Assembly: GCA_905235705.1 (NCBI GenBank)
Contig: CAJOML010000001.1
Coordinates: 12,118-76,117, forward strand
From: an uncultured Bacilli bacterium
Lineage (GTDB): Bacteria; Bacillota_I; Bacilli_A; RFN20; CAG-826
DNA: 64,000 nucleotides
Reading direction: 5' to 3'
Shown: positions 48,520-59,100 of the stretch, piece after piece
Layout of the letters: the number at the start of each line of letters is the position of its first letter
Numbering within the stretch: position 1 is the stretch's first letter
Program-made: the position numbers and the translations under genes
The notes under the pieces: model-generated
Database searches by the model: none
The model's input: only the letters and a program-made list of their open reading frames with translations
What the model was told of the DNA's origin: nothing

Positions 48520-48990
48520 TTAGGCCTTGAAGGCGCGATATCCAGCGTATAAGCCAACAACGCCGCCGACAATGGAGAAGATGCCGGTAAGAAGGGTACC
48601 GGTTCCGTTAGTGATGGTTTGTCCTTCGATGGGGGCAATGGTTCCGGCGTTGGCGCTTTGATAGAATTGCGGGGCAAGCAAGAAGAGAATGCCGGCAACG
48701 ATAAGAAGTAAAGCGGCGATGCCGAAGTTGATACCACCGATACGTCCGGGGATAATCGCGGCGATAAGAGCGAACACCGCGGCGACGATCTGGAGAATAA
48801 AGGCAACGATTAAGACTGGGATGGCGACTTTGTTTTGATAGCCAAACATGATTTGGAAGACATTTCCACGGGTGTCGCCATAGCTTTGATAGTCGGCACC
48901 GAAGGCCGGGGCAAAGCAAACAAGGATGGCGGTGACGGCCAATATGGCGAGGAAGATGCCGATGATAATTGAGACTTTACGATTGTTCAT
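48520..48990 (-). CDS. Small membrane protein (4 TM), unknown
   Basis: Hydrophobic 156-aa ORF flanked by a terminator. Confidence 0.5.
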   Translation of the reverse strand: MNNRKVSIIIGIFLAILAVTAILVCFAPAFGADYQSYGDTRGNVFQIMFGYQNKVAIPVLIVAFILQIVAAVFALIAAIIPGRIGGINFGIAALLLIVAGILFLLAPQFYQSANAGTIAPIEGQTITNGTGTLLTGIFSIVGGVVGLYAGYRAFKA

Positions 48991-49091
48991 AATAAAAACC
49001 TACCGCGCATAGTTTACTCATCCAAACTCAAATGGGCAATATAGAGTTTTACTCTAGATTATTCCCTTTTTGTCCCGTTCCTGTGATAATT

Positions 49092-50960
49092 ATGGCGATG
49101 AAAAAATCTTTTGGTTTTGTCATGGCCGCCTCCTTGGCCTCGATTGTCCTCGCAGGGTGCGATTTATCCCCAGGCGAGGCGGGGGATTATTTCCGTGTCG
49201 ATCTTTATTCCGATTATGAAGGAATCGACAGCGATTTGGCCAAGCAATCGCTAAAACCAACCAATGCCAAGCATCTTGGATATTGCTATGCCAAAAAGGG
49301 CGGCAAAGCCAATATTGATGGGTTAATCGTTATCGATTCATGGGAATACCATAAATCCACCCGCACAGCTCCAAGTGGATACACATATCAATTCGCTTCG
49401 TGGAACGGGTTTTATGAAGACGGCAAAAAAATCGATCTTAACGTCGTCACCGCCGCATGTTCGGTTTACGCAACTTTCGATAAAGTCGAGAAGTCTTATG
49501 CGATTGCCTTAGAGAATTCTTATCAAGTGGCGAAAAAGGGTAATGGCAAATACCAAAGCGCCCTTGGCGATGTCGAAGGTTTCGCCTTGACTTCCGATGA
49601 ATTTAAGCACGATCCTCTTAATTTTGATTACGACCCCTATTATAAAAACTACACCTTCGATGGCTATACCATCACCACCGTGGACGATGCAAACGTTTCG
49701 ACTTCCGTCAAAGTCAGCGCGAAAGAAGGCTTTTCGAAAGTAAATGAACATCTTATCGGCGGGAAGACCACGGTTGAAGTCAATTATATTGAATCGCTTA
49801 AGGATTATACGGTTACCATAAACCCCGTTTTCCGCGATGAGGATGATAATGAAACTAGCCTTGTTTCCCTTTTCGGCGAAGAAGAATTAAAACAAACCAT
49901 CACTTACGATGAAGCTTTGGCCCCGACCAAAAACCTTTCTGGTTATGTTTTCTTGGGATATGAAGGAACTTACGGGGAAGATGCCGATAGCCATGTCAAA
50001 GGGCATGTCATTGACCCGACCCATATCCGTTATCATGGCGAGGTGAAGGCGGTTTATGTTGAAGAAGTTCCTTCTCGCGAAGTCTTGTTCCATCTTGGTG
50101 CCACCTCGACTAAGAAGACGACTTTCCATCAAGGCGGGATGCCTATTCTTCCTGACCGCAACGTCGAAGTCCCCGATAAATATGCCTTTACCGGATATTA
50201 TGCAAAGACCGAGGGAAGCTATGAGGCTATCGATTTCTCATCCATCTTTGATGAAGAAACGACTCTTGACGCCTATCCGATTTTCGTGCCCTTAAGGCTT
50301 GCTTATATAAATACAAAGAAGATTGGCGGCGAGACCTATGATCAACAATTCACTTATCGTTTCGATCGCTCCTATGGCGGATATATGCTTGAAAACTATT
50401 GCTTAAGCAAAGGCGGGGTTTTCGCCGAAAGGCTCGAACCCTCCATCAAATTAAGCGCCGAAGATTTCTGGGATAAGGATAATTCTTCCGGATACGAGGC
50501 AATTGGTATCGCCGGTTATAGTGATATGGCAACGATTTTATCCGCCTATGAATTCGTTGGCGTCTCTAGTTTTACTTCCTCCTCGGCATCTAATGCCTTA
50601 GGAAGTGCCGCCTATGCCATTGAAGAACTCGCTTTGCCAAATTCAGTTAAAACGATTTCCTCGAATGGCTTTGCCTTGCTTAGCGGCTTAGGATATGGTG
50701 GCCATCAACTCGATTTAAGTGGCTTGGATTTAGAATATATCGGACCTGCCGCTTTCCGTTCTTGCATCAATTTAAAGAACATCACGTTGCCTAAATTATC
50801 CCAAGTCGATGCTCGGCTTTTTGCTGAATGTGATTGGCTTAGCGGCGTCGAAGTGGGCAATACCGAAGATGAATTATCTACCCTTATCGGCGAGGGCAAA
50901 GTCCATGCCGATTGGAATAAAAACGGAGATGTTACCATCCCCGTGACTTATGCTGCTTGA
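49092..50960 (+). CDS. Lipoprotein with C-terminal BspA-type leucine-rich repeats
   Basis: MAMKKSF..LAGC lipobox. C-terminal repeats with the LPNSVKTIS..AF / L..I.LP.L..V pattern typical of LRR_5. Confidence 0.6.
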   Translation: MAMKKSFGFVMAASLASIVLAGCDLSPGEAGDYFRVDLYSDYEGIDSDLAKQSLKPTNAKHLGYCYAKKGGKANIDGLIVIDSWEYHKSTRTAPSGYTYQFASWNGFYEDGKKIDLNVVTAACSVYATFDKVEKSYAIALENSYQVAKKGNGKYQSALGDVEGFALTSDEFKHDPLNFDYDPYYKNYTFDGYTITTVDDANVSTSVKVSAKEGFSKVNEHLIGGKTTVEVNYIESLKDYTVTINPVFRDEDDNETSLVSLFGEEELKQTITYDEALAPTKNLSGYVFLGYEGTYGEDADSHVKGHVIDPTHIRYHGEVKAVYVEEVPSREVLFHLGATSTKKTTFHQGGMPILPDRNVEVPDKYAFTGYYAKTEGSYEAIDFSSIFDEETTLDAYPIFVPLRLAYINTKKIGGETYDQQFTYRFDRSYGGYMLENYCLSKGGVFAERLEPSIKLSAEDFWDKDNSSGYEAIGIAGYSDMATILSAYEFVGVSSFTSSSASNALGSAAYAIEELALPNSVKTISSNGFALLSGLGYGGHQLDLSGLDLEYIGPAAFRSCINLKNITLPKLSQVDARLFAECDWLSGVEVGNTEDELSTLIGEGKVHADWNKNGDVTIPVTYAA

Positions 50961-50987
50961 TTTAATTTCCATCAGTAATGGATGAGG

Positions 50988-52343
50988 TCATGTCTTTGAC
51001 CTTTTTCTTTGGAAATATAACCATATCGAAGGAATCAAAGCCAAGAAGGCGGCGATGGCAACGACGAGGAACATATTGGCATCGGGGGCTTTTTCGGTTT
51101 GCCCAAATTCATTGACGGTGGAATTGACGAAAGTGGCGGAGGCGATATTCGAACCAACGACCATCGGGATCATGACCACGAAAACCATTCTAACGGCTTG
51201 GAATGAGCCGGCTTCCTTTTCTGGTGTATTGTCGCGGATTTCCGCCCCGAGAACGGTTGTGCCGCATAAATAGCCAAGCATCAATAAAGTAGCGAAAACA
51301 ATGCAAATCTCGAGGCTTTCCTTCACAAAATATAGCCCAATCGCACCGGCGATGACTAGCGAAATGGCCGGGAATAAGGTTTTGAACCTGCCGATTTTAT
51401 TCATGAATAAGCCAATAAGAATAACCCCGATAGAAGCAACCCCGATGACCGTTCCCACGACGATATAGAAGCCTCCGGAGGTAGAAACGATGACGGGGAG
51501 ATTTTGCATATAGACCATGAAATAAGGCATGAAGGCGTCGATGGCGATATTGAAGAACATGAAGGCTAGCAAAGCGATATAGAAGACGGGGTTGGATTTG
51601 ACCGATTTCGGGGTGAAACCTTTAACCATATGCTTGAAATAGGCTTCATCTCTACTTGCCTCAATATGGTCTTTCGGCAATAAGAAGAAGGAAATGATGC
51701 CGATGAGGGTTGTTAAAATCCCAAAGACAAGGAAAAAGATGAACCATGGCTTAGCGATTTGGTTAGCCCAGGTTATGTTATCAAGATCTCCTTGATTGCC
51801 AGGGACACCTAAAATAATGCCTAAGGCAAGCATAATACCCATCGCAAGCAGGGGCATAATCGATAAAACGGATTCGACGAAAGGCCGATTTTTGGGATTG
51901 GTTTCGTCGGTGACAAAGGCATTGAAACAAGCGTCGTTGGAAGTGGAACCAAAGAAAGTCATGACGCAGTCGACGATGACGTTCATGACACCAACAAGTA
52001 ACAAAGCGGTGCCCATATTACCTCCGGCAAGGGAGGTCATATTCGATAAAGAAGCGAGACCGAACCCGAAGACGCTGACGCCCCAAATGGTATAACCGGC
52101 CGCGATAAAGATTTTCCTTTTCCCGAGTTTATCCGATAACGCGCCCATGAAGAAGGTGGTGATTGTCGCAACTACGGCCGAAGCGGTGGTCATCCAGGCG
52201 ATGTGATTTGCATCGTGACTTTGGGAATAGACCCATAAGTTGATGTAATTGTTTTCGATCGCCCAAGCGATTTGACCAATCAGGCCAATTAAGATAATGG
52301 CTAGCCAGCGACGGTAGCCGAGTTTTGATTGTTTGCTTTCCAT
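50988..52343 (-). CDS. MFS-family transporter
   Basis: 12 predicted TM segments and 451 aa with an MFS-like organisation. Confidence 0.65.
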   Translation of the reverse strand: MESKQSKLGYRRWLAIILIGLIGQIAWAIENNYINLWVYSQSHDANHIAWMTTASAVVATITTFFMGALSDKLGKRKIFIAAGYTIWGVSVFGFGLASLSNMTSLAGGNMGTALLLVGVMNVIVDCVMTFFGSTSNDACFNAFVTDETNPKNRPFVESVLSIMPLLAMGIMLALGIILGVPGNQGDLDNITWANQIAKPWFIFFLVFGILTTLIGIISFFLLPKDHIEASRDEAYFKHMVKGFTPKSVKSNPVFYIALLAFMFFNIAIDAFMPYFMVYMQNLPVIVSTSGGFYIVVGTVIGVASIGVILIGLFMNKIGRFKTLFPAISLVIAGAIGLYFVKESLEICIVFATLLMLGYLCGTTVLGAEIRDNTPEKEAGSFQAVRMVFVVMIPMVVGSNIASATFVNSTVNEFGQTEKAPDANMFLVVAIAAFLALIPSIWLYFQRKRSKT

Positions 52344-52446
52344 ATTTTGATTATAGGGAGATTAAAGAAGAAAAGTGATAACAAACATCTTGCTTCCTTA
52401 ATAAAGTAGAAGAAGCAATAATTAATTAAACCAAGGAGCTTTCGTT

Positions 52447-53130
52447 ATGGTGGATTTCTCCTCTATCCCGGTCGTCAGTTACGTCTTTTTCGCGATTTTC
52501 ATTCTCGTGAGTCTGATTCATTTGCTTTTCTGCTATGAAGAGAATGAATTATGGCGAAAGATCACCAAGCCCATGTGCGTGGGTTCGTTGCTTGTGGCGG
52601 TGATTTGCTATATTCCCCAATATCCCCTTGTCTATATTGGCCTCGCTTTTGGGCTGCTGGGAGATATCTTCTTATTAAAGAAGCACAAAGTCTGGCCTTT
52701 CGTTTTGGGGATGATTTCCTTCTTAATCAACCATATTCTCAATATCATCCAATACATCATCCTTTCCGGGGCAACGCATTATTCTTATTATGTTGCAACC
52801 GGGGTTGGGGTTGCCTTGCTTATCCTATTTGGGTATCGTGTCTGCAATAAGATTGTCAGAACAAAGCCCCTGGCTTTTGGCGGGGACGTGTATCTAGGTT
52901 CGCTTGTTTATGAATTGACTTGGGCCATTATTTGTTGCGCTAAGGGAAGATTTGATTTCCTCTTCCTTGGCGTCCTTGGCGGGATTTGCTTTATCATCTC
53001 CGACATCTACCTTGCCTATACCTCTTTCGTATCGAATAAGAAAAGGCGCGACTTCTATATCATGGCTACATATTTACTAGCCCAGACATTAATCGCGCTT
53101 GGATTCTGCTTTACGCTAATGGCCGCTTAA
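52447..53130 (+). CDS. YhhN-family (lysoplasmalogenase-like) membrane protein
   Basis: GLLGDIFLL motif and 7-8 TM segments. Assignment tentative. Confidence 0.45.
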   Translation: MVDFSSIPVVSYVFFAIFILVSLIHLLFCYEENELWRKITKPMCVGSLLVAVICYIPQYPLVYIGLAFGLLGDIFLLKKHKVWPFVLGMISFLINHILNIIQYIILSGATHYSYYVATGVGVALLILFGYRVCNKIVRTKPLAFGGDVYLGSLVYELTWAIICCAKGRFDFLFLGVLGGICFIISDIYLAYTSFVSNKKRRDFYIMATYLLAQTLIALGFCFTLMAA

Positions 53131-53714
53131 AGAATCAGGAAGAGCTTTAGTTTTCGCGAAGCGATGCCACGGTGGCTATATTGGTTTTTGATTTCCTTGC
53201 TGGCGGTGCCAAAATCGCAATTCCCTTCTTCGCAATGGAAGATGGGGTCATAGCCAAATCCTTGTTCGCCAACCGGTTCGAATAAGATATGTCCTTTGCA
53301 AATGCCTTCGAAATACAAAGGCTTGGCATCTTTATTTTGCAAATAGCAAATGCAGCAAATAAATTCGGCTGAGCGATCTTGCTTATGCTCAAGTTCTTTG
53401 ATGATATTGGCCATCGCTTGCGGATAGCCTCCATATTTTTGGGCATAACGGGAAGTATGGACACCAGGGATGTGGTTTAGGGCATCGACTTCCAAGCCCG
53501 AATCATCGGCGATGACGGGAAAAGGGGAGACCGCGGCCAAGGCTTTGGCTTTTAAATAGGCGTTTTCGCGATATGTTGACCCGGTCTCGTCGACTTCGAT
53601 ATCGAGATTTAAATCGGCAGGGGAATACACCAAAAAGCCGAGCGGAAATAAAAGAGAACGATATTCTTCGAGTTTGTGCTTGTTGTTAGTCGCAAGGAGG
53701 ATCTCTTTTTTCAT
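53127..53714 (-). CDS. rdgB: Non-canonical purine NTP pyrophosphatase (dITP/XTPase)
   Basis: LATNNKHKLEE, DDSGLEVDAL and FGYDPIF Ham1 motifs. Confidence 0.85.
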   Translation of the reverse strand: MKKEILLATNNKHKLEEYRSLLFPLGFLVYSPADLNLDIEVDETGSTYRENAYLKAKALAAVSPFPVIADDSGLEVDALNHIPGVHTSRYAQKYGGYPQAMANIIKELEHKQDRSAEFICCICYLQNKDAKPLYFEGICKGHILFEPVGEQGFGYDPIFHCEEGNCDFGTASKEIKNQYSHRGIASRKLKLFLIL

Positions 53715-53755
53715 ATTTATTTATAAGAAAACCCTCATTCGAGGGTAACTGGCTC

Positions 53756-53829
53756 TGGAGCAGGTGACGGGAATCGGACCCGCATAACCAGCTTGGAAGG
53801 CTGGTGTTCTACCACTGAACTACACCTGC
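53756..53829 (-). tRNA. tRNA-Gly (anticodon UCC)
   Basis: Reverse complement GCAGGTGTAGTTCAGTGGTAGAACACCAGCCTTCCAAGCTGG...CACCTGCTCCA. Anticodon loop CTTCCAA. CCA is encoded. Confidence 0.85.
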
Positions 53830-53831
53830 GC

Positions 53832-53908
53832 TGGCGGACCATACGAGATTCGAACTCGTGATCTCTTCCGTGACAGGGAAGCATGTTAGGCCGCTACACC
53901 AATGGTCC
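53832..53908 (-). tRNA. tRNA-Asp (anticodon GUC)
   Basis: Reverse complement GGACCATTGGTGTAGCGGCCTAACATGCTTCCCTGTCACGGAAG...GGTCCGCCA. Anticodon loop CTGTCAC. Confidence 0.85.
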
Positions 53909-54004
53909 GAGCGAGGGTAATATATCACAACTTGGCCGGACGTGAAATAAAAAATGACTTCAAGAAGAAAAAACCCGCGGTTTGTATCCGCGGGGGAAGC
54001 TTTC

Positions 54005-54307
54005 TTAAGCAATCAAGGCTTCGACGCCAGGCTTGGGAAGAAGACCGACTTGCTCTTTGACTTTTTCGCCGTTTTTGAAGACGATGAGGGTCGGGATAGA
54101 GAAGACGTTGTATCTTCTGGCGATGTCACCGAGTTCATCGACATCGACTTTGATGAATTTGACTTCAGGATGTTCTTTTTCGACTTGATCGATGGTGGGG
54201 GCTAACATCTTGCAGGGTCCGCACCAGGTGGCGAAGAGATCGACAAGGACGGTGCCTTCCGCGATTTCTTTATCGAATTCTTCTACGGATTGAATTTGCT
54301 TTGGCAT
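54005..54307 (-). CDS. trxA: Thioredoxin
   Basis: WCGPCK active site. 100 aa. Confidence 0.9.
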   Translation of the reverse strand: MPKQIQSVEEFDKEIAEGTVLVDLFATWCGPCKMLAPTIDQVEKEHPEVKFIKVDVDELGDIARRYNVFSIPTLIVFKNGEKVKEQVGLLPKPGVEALIA

Positions 54308-54319
54308 AGTGAATACCTC

Positions 54320-55228
54320 CTAGATATGTCCAAATGATACAAAGAAAATCAAAATTAAGATACCTAAATGCACCGGGAAATATGCATAAGAGATGATGCG
54401 GAAGGTTTTTGAATCATACCCGCGCTTACCGCTATAAAGATAATAAAGGGGGATGGAGAGCAAACAATAGGTTTGCAATGGCATCGAATAGGGGTCATAG
54501 GTGGTGTAACTGATGGCCCAGAAAATTAATGTCACGACGAATAAGGCGGTGACTGAACCGATATTGAGGACCTTTTGATATTCGGGTTCTTGTTTGAATG
54601 TATCGAAATCGAGTTCAAGTTTTTTGCAATAGTTACTAGTAATAAGGTTGGAGATGGGACGCACCAAATAGAAGCTTAGGGCCAAGAACATGCCATAAAT
54701 CCCATAGGCAGGGCGGAACATCAAAGGGAACCAATAGATGGTTGAGGCGTTACGTGTCTCGATAATGACAAGGATATAGGAAAGAATCTCGATGCCAATA
54801 GGAAGCAAGGCAAAAAGCTTTTGGGCCTTCGGGCGATAAAGGAAAAATAGCATCAAGGCGATGAGCAATAAATCCGTGATGGGACTAGGTCCGGGATAAG
54901 TGGTGTTTGCAAAATCGGGTTGCCGCAAGATGGCATAGACAAAAATGATTTCCGCCACCGTGACAAGCAAATAAAGCGAAGCGATTCTTAGAAGATATTT
55001 CCCCCGGCTATGACTATAAAACATACCCTCAACCATCATGAAGACAAATAGAGGGAAAGCAAACCTGCCGATGATATAAAAGATACGGGCGATATCGGGG
55101 GCAGCCCCACCGATATCACTAGAATAAAGTCCGATAAAGGTCCCGATATGGGAAAAAGTCATCGTGATGATGGCGATGATACGTAACCAGAATTGGTCAA
55201 GGATTTGCAGGTTTTTCTTTTCGTTCAT
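54320..55228 (-). CDS. TraX-family membrane protein
   Basis: LRIIAIITMTFSHIG N-terminal signature. Polytopic. Confidence 0.55.
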   Translation of the reverse strand: MNEKKNLQILDQFWLRIIAIITMTFSHIGTFIGLYSSDIGGAAPDIARIFYIIGRFAFPLFVFMMVEGMFYSHSRGKYLLRIASLYLLVTVAEIIFVYAILRQPDFANTTYPGPSPITDLLLIALMLFFLYRPKAQKLFALLPIGIEILSYILVIIETRNASTIYWFPLMFRPAYGIYGMFLALSFYLVRPISNLITSNYCKKLELDFDTFKQEPEYQKVLNIGSVTALFVVTLIFWAISYTTYDPYSMPLQTYCLLSIPLYYLYSGKRGYDSKTFRIISYAYFPVHLGILILIFFVSFGHI

Positions 55229-56103
55229 TAGGGAATTAAGGCTATTACGATACCAATGATATTATTCATCGCATGGGCTAGGAAGGAAGCGCCAAACCCG
55301 AAACGATCATAGACAAAACAAAGCAAGGCGCCGGCTCCGACATAAGGCGGAAGATTGATTAATTCGATAATCAGTCGCTGACTGTCCCCGAAAGCGTTCC
55401 AATCGAAATGAATTAGTCCGAAGACGAGCATGCCTAGGATATAAGCGGCGACTTTGTTGATACGTCCAAGGAAACCAAAGAGTCCGACGCGATAAGCGAT
55501 TTCTTCAACCAAAGGCCCCAAGATCCCAAATACGAAGACGCTGACAACAGGATAAGAGGCAATCATCGTGTTGATGCGAGACTGATTGCCGTTGGCTGAG
55601 GGAGCGATGCCGGCAAGTCGCATCAATGGACTAGCGATAAGATTGTTGTAGAACATATCCATCCCGATGATGAAAGCGACAGCAACGATAGCGGCGACAT
55701 AAGGGAGCCATCCTTTAAAAGATCTTCCGATTTGCTTTAATAGGGGACGTGCAACGAAAAATAAGGCGATGGACACAGCAAGATAGGCAATTCCGTTGAT
55801 CGCCAAAGAAACGCCGGCTGAAGAGGAGATTTCGTTTAGCTGGTCAGGACTTGCCCCCGGATTTGCCATGCCAACGATTGCCCCGGCAAAAACAGAGACG
55901 ATGAGGCTAGCGATTTGAAGTCCGAGGATGCCGATAAGGAAAAGGACGATTTGGCGCCACGGCTCGGCGTGGACTTGATGGAGATAGCCGCGCGCAAAAG
56001 CTTCGGTTTCGGTGACCTCCCCACAACGTGGGCATTTTCCTTCGATGGGGTCATATTGACCACCGCAATGGGAACATGTTCTTCGGGCGAAATGATTTTC
56101 CAT
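55228..56103 (-). CDS. CPBP-family (CAAX/Abi) intramembrane metalloprotease with N-terminal zinc ribbon
   Basis: CSHCGG...CPRCG ribbon, then TMs with the EEIAYR, FGLIHF and HAMNN motifs. ATG 56103 is preferred over 56184, which would sit 13 bp from the divergent gene. Confidence 0.65.
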   Translation of the reverse strand: MENHFARRTCSHCGGQYDPIEGKCPRCGEVTETEAFARGYLHQVHAEPWRQIVLFLIGILGLQIASLIVSVFAGAIVGMANPGASPDQLNEISSSAGVSLAINGIAYLAVSIALFFVARPLLKQIGRSFKGWLPYVAAIVAVAFIIGMDMFYNNLIASPLMRLAGIAPSANGNQSRINTMIASYPVVSVFVFGILGPLVEEIAYRVGLFGFLGRINKVAAYILGMLVFGLIHFDWNAFGDSQRLIIELINLPPYVGAGALLCFVYDRFGFGASFLAHAMNNIIGIVIALIP

Positions 56104-56162
56104 GGCGAAAGTATACCATTTTGGGGAAAACGAGGTTATGAGAAAACATCTCGCGGAGGCTA

Positions 56163-56196
56163 GCGCGTTGCAACGCGCCCTCATTTACGCGATAAT
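56163..56196 (+). promoter_or_regulatory. Promoter TTGCAA-N17-GATAAT with perfect 16-bp palindrome GCGCGTTGCAACGCGC over the -35, driving the 2471-aa gene
   Basis: Palindrome at 56163-56178. Hexamers at 56168-73 and 56191-96. The predicted TSS coincides with ATG 56203, implying a leaderless transcript. Confidence 0.5.
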
Positions 56197-59100
56197 ATGC
56201 GCATGATACTCGCGAGCGGATTTGACATCAGTGGCCTCATTGATAATTTGGATTTGATTTGGTCAATCGTCTTCTGGTCTATTCTTGGCCTTTTGCTTAT
56301 TTCGTTTTTCATTGGCTTACTTCGTGGCTGGAAAAGCGGGACATATCGCCTGATTTTCCTTTCCGTCTTGGCCGTAACGTTGCTTGCTTTTCTTGGCGTT
56401 TTTGCCGATGTTATCGGCAAAATAGATTTACGTTCCTTTACACAGAATCCGATTAGCTTCACTTTGAATGAGGTAGAGATCAGCGCCAACCCAGGACCTG
56501 TTTTCGAAACGGTTCGGGAACTGACCTATAAGGTCCTCAAAGACGCCTTGAAAATCAAGGGCTCGGTTGAGACGCTTCAAAACTATGCCGTCGCATTGAC
56601 CGCTTCAATGATTCGCCTTGCTCTTATCGCCATAATCGGCATAACGGTTGCTACCGTCGGCTCGTTGCTTTGCTGGATATTGTGGCACATTGCCTTTAAA
56701 TTCATCATCCCCAAGCCCAAACGTAAGCCGAAATTACGTTGGGTTTCAGGCATTGAGGAAGTGGTTGTCACAGCCTTATGTGGCGTTTTGATGCTCACCC
56801 CATTCTCGGCCATTAGCAACTCCACTATTTCTAACATCAATCCCAATTCGATTTCCAGCACAGACGAAACGGTCGTGATGTTTAAAAAAGTGGCCTCAAC
56901 TTACAACGAATCAATTTTAAATAAAGCTTTCTTTGCTTGGACAAAAGGGGATGGCAGCAGGACCCTTGATGCCCAGTTTGTCGAATTCCTTTGCCAAGTT
57001 GACACTGAAACGATGTCGGCAAACATCATCTCCGATTTGGCCAATATCAGCTATGCGGCAGGAAAGATCTTGGATGCGGCTTCGGGGGGAGAAAACGCCA
57101 ATGGCGAGCTTTCGGGCTTTGCCTTTGCCCCGATTAATTATGCCGGTCACCTGTTGGTAGAGACCCTTACTTTCGCTGGCAATGACGGCATTGGACTAGT
57201 CAACGGGCTTGCTTCTTTTGCCTCCGACCTCGCGGTTCATTCAGACCAAGTCGTCTCTTATTTAGGCAACGATATCCAAGACCAACTTGTCACGAAAGAA
57301 AAGACCCCTGAGGCTTATCTAAAGAAAGCGGCCCGTTCTTATCGCGCTTTAGCGCAGGCCGAATTCCTTCCGACTATAGTCGATCCCTTCTTTGAAGCGG
57401 AGACGCCATATCCTTCTTATGATGACCCCTATGCCTTATTGACCTCGGATTATACCTTGGATTGCTTGCTCGAATTAAAGAAAGACCAGGAGAGCCGTTC
57501 CTTTTATGACGGCTTGATAAAAGGTTATATCTATGACCATGGTTCACATGCTTCCTTAAAGACGCTTGCGCCGCTGAAAGAAGATGGCTCTGCCGATGTA
57601 AAGGCGATGAATGACATCTCTTATCTTGATGAAGCGGTCACGGTCGTCACCTTCCTTAACCGGGCCAACCACATCGATGCCGATTTCACAAAACAGTTGA
57701 TTCGCTACGCTTCCGAAGGAGGCAGCAACCAAAGCTCTTCCACCGATCTTAGTAGCCTCCTTGCTATGGCGATGAGGGCATTAGCCAATAATAGCGAGGC
57801 TTTAGCCGATGCTTTGATTGGGCCTCGCGACGAACAAGGCGAACCAATCACCGGATATCGTGGACTTTCTAGTAAAGGCTGCTTAATGGATTCAGGCTTA
57901 ATCAATGCCGCTTTCCCCGCTCTTTTGGAATTGGCTGGCAACGTCCTTTCTAATGCCACCGACTCTACCGTCGATATCTCCGAAGTGGCGAATGCTCTTT
58001 CTGATCCAAACTGGGAGATTTTAGTTAAGAATAACAAACGCGAACTTGGGGCTACCTTAGATGTTTTGCTACGTCTAACCCAAAACCCCTATGCCGGTAG
58101 CTCTAACCAAGAAAAAGTCACCTATGGCCAGTCGATTGCCGATACCGGGAAAGCTTTCCTCCGTGATTTCAGCAAACACCCCGGCGTTGACCTTGATCCT
58201 GAAAAGCACCTTTATGATTTCGATGGCAAATTAGGCAGTAGTTTGATGTATGCCATTTCGGGCTTAGACAAATCTAAAGCCCTTGCCGCTTTGGTCCCTG
58301 CCTTTGCCGAAAACGCGATTAACAATATCGACCTATTTAAGGGCGATAATCCGCTTACTTTCGATTTCCATCCCATTGATAGTCAAGGTAATTCGATTCT
58401 TGGTATTGAACTTGCTAAGATTCTTTCAATTGTCGCTCAAGCTCCTCACGTCTTCCCAATTTTCCTTAGAAGCGGGACTTTCAGCGTCAATTCCATCTCC
58501 ACCGCGATGATGAATCACGAACAGGAATTCGTCAAAATTTTAGATGCCTTTGCCGGGTCTAAAATCGCTAACCCCGTGATCAATGGCAATAAAAACGTGA
58601 ACATGATTCGCCTATTCAATAGCCTATTTAAGGGGCTTGAAATCGAATCATCCTTAACCGAAAACGACCTTAACGACGTCGCCCTTGTCAATACCTATGA
58701 TGGGGAAGACGGCAATATCGTGTCCTATTTAAGCGGCAACATCGTAGCAGGCAAGGAAACCGAGGATTATTATCTCATCAATGCCGTCGCCGGCGTCATG
58801 AATAGCGGCGTTCTTAACGCTTTACAAACGATTACCAATACCAATGAAATCCTTGCCAATTTGGGCGAAGCCGATATGGAAGGTATCTTCTCCTCACTTG
58901 GCGGGTCGGTCATTTTACGCAAAGTCATGCCAGCTTATTTAGATGCCAAGATTTTAGATGACATGCTCAATTCCGCGGGTGACGTGAGCTTGAAGAAAAT
59001 GGGCGTTAGCTTCACTAACCTTACCACCAAACAGCAATGGGCTAGTGAAGGGGCTCGTTTCCAATCGATGATCGATCTTATCACCAAAGGTATCGATTTA

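Noticed and set aside
56104-56184. Upstream ATG start for the CPBP protease (MRARCNALASARC...)
   Set aside because: It would place divergent start codons 13 bp apart and run through the giant gene's promoter and palindrome. The internal ATG at 56103 precedes the zinc-ribbon motif directly.
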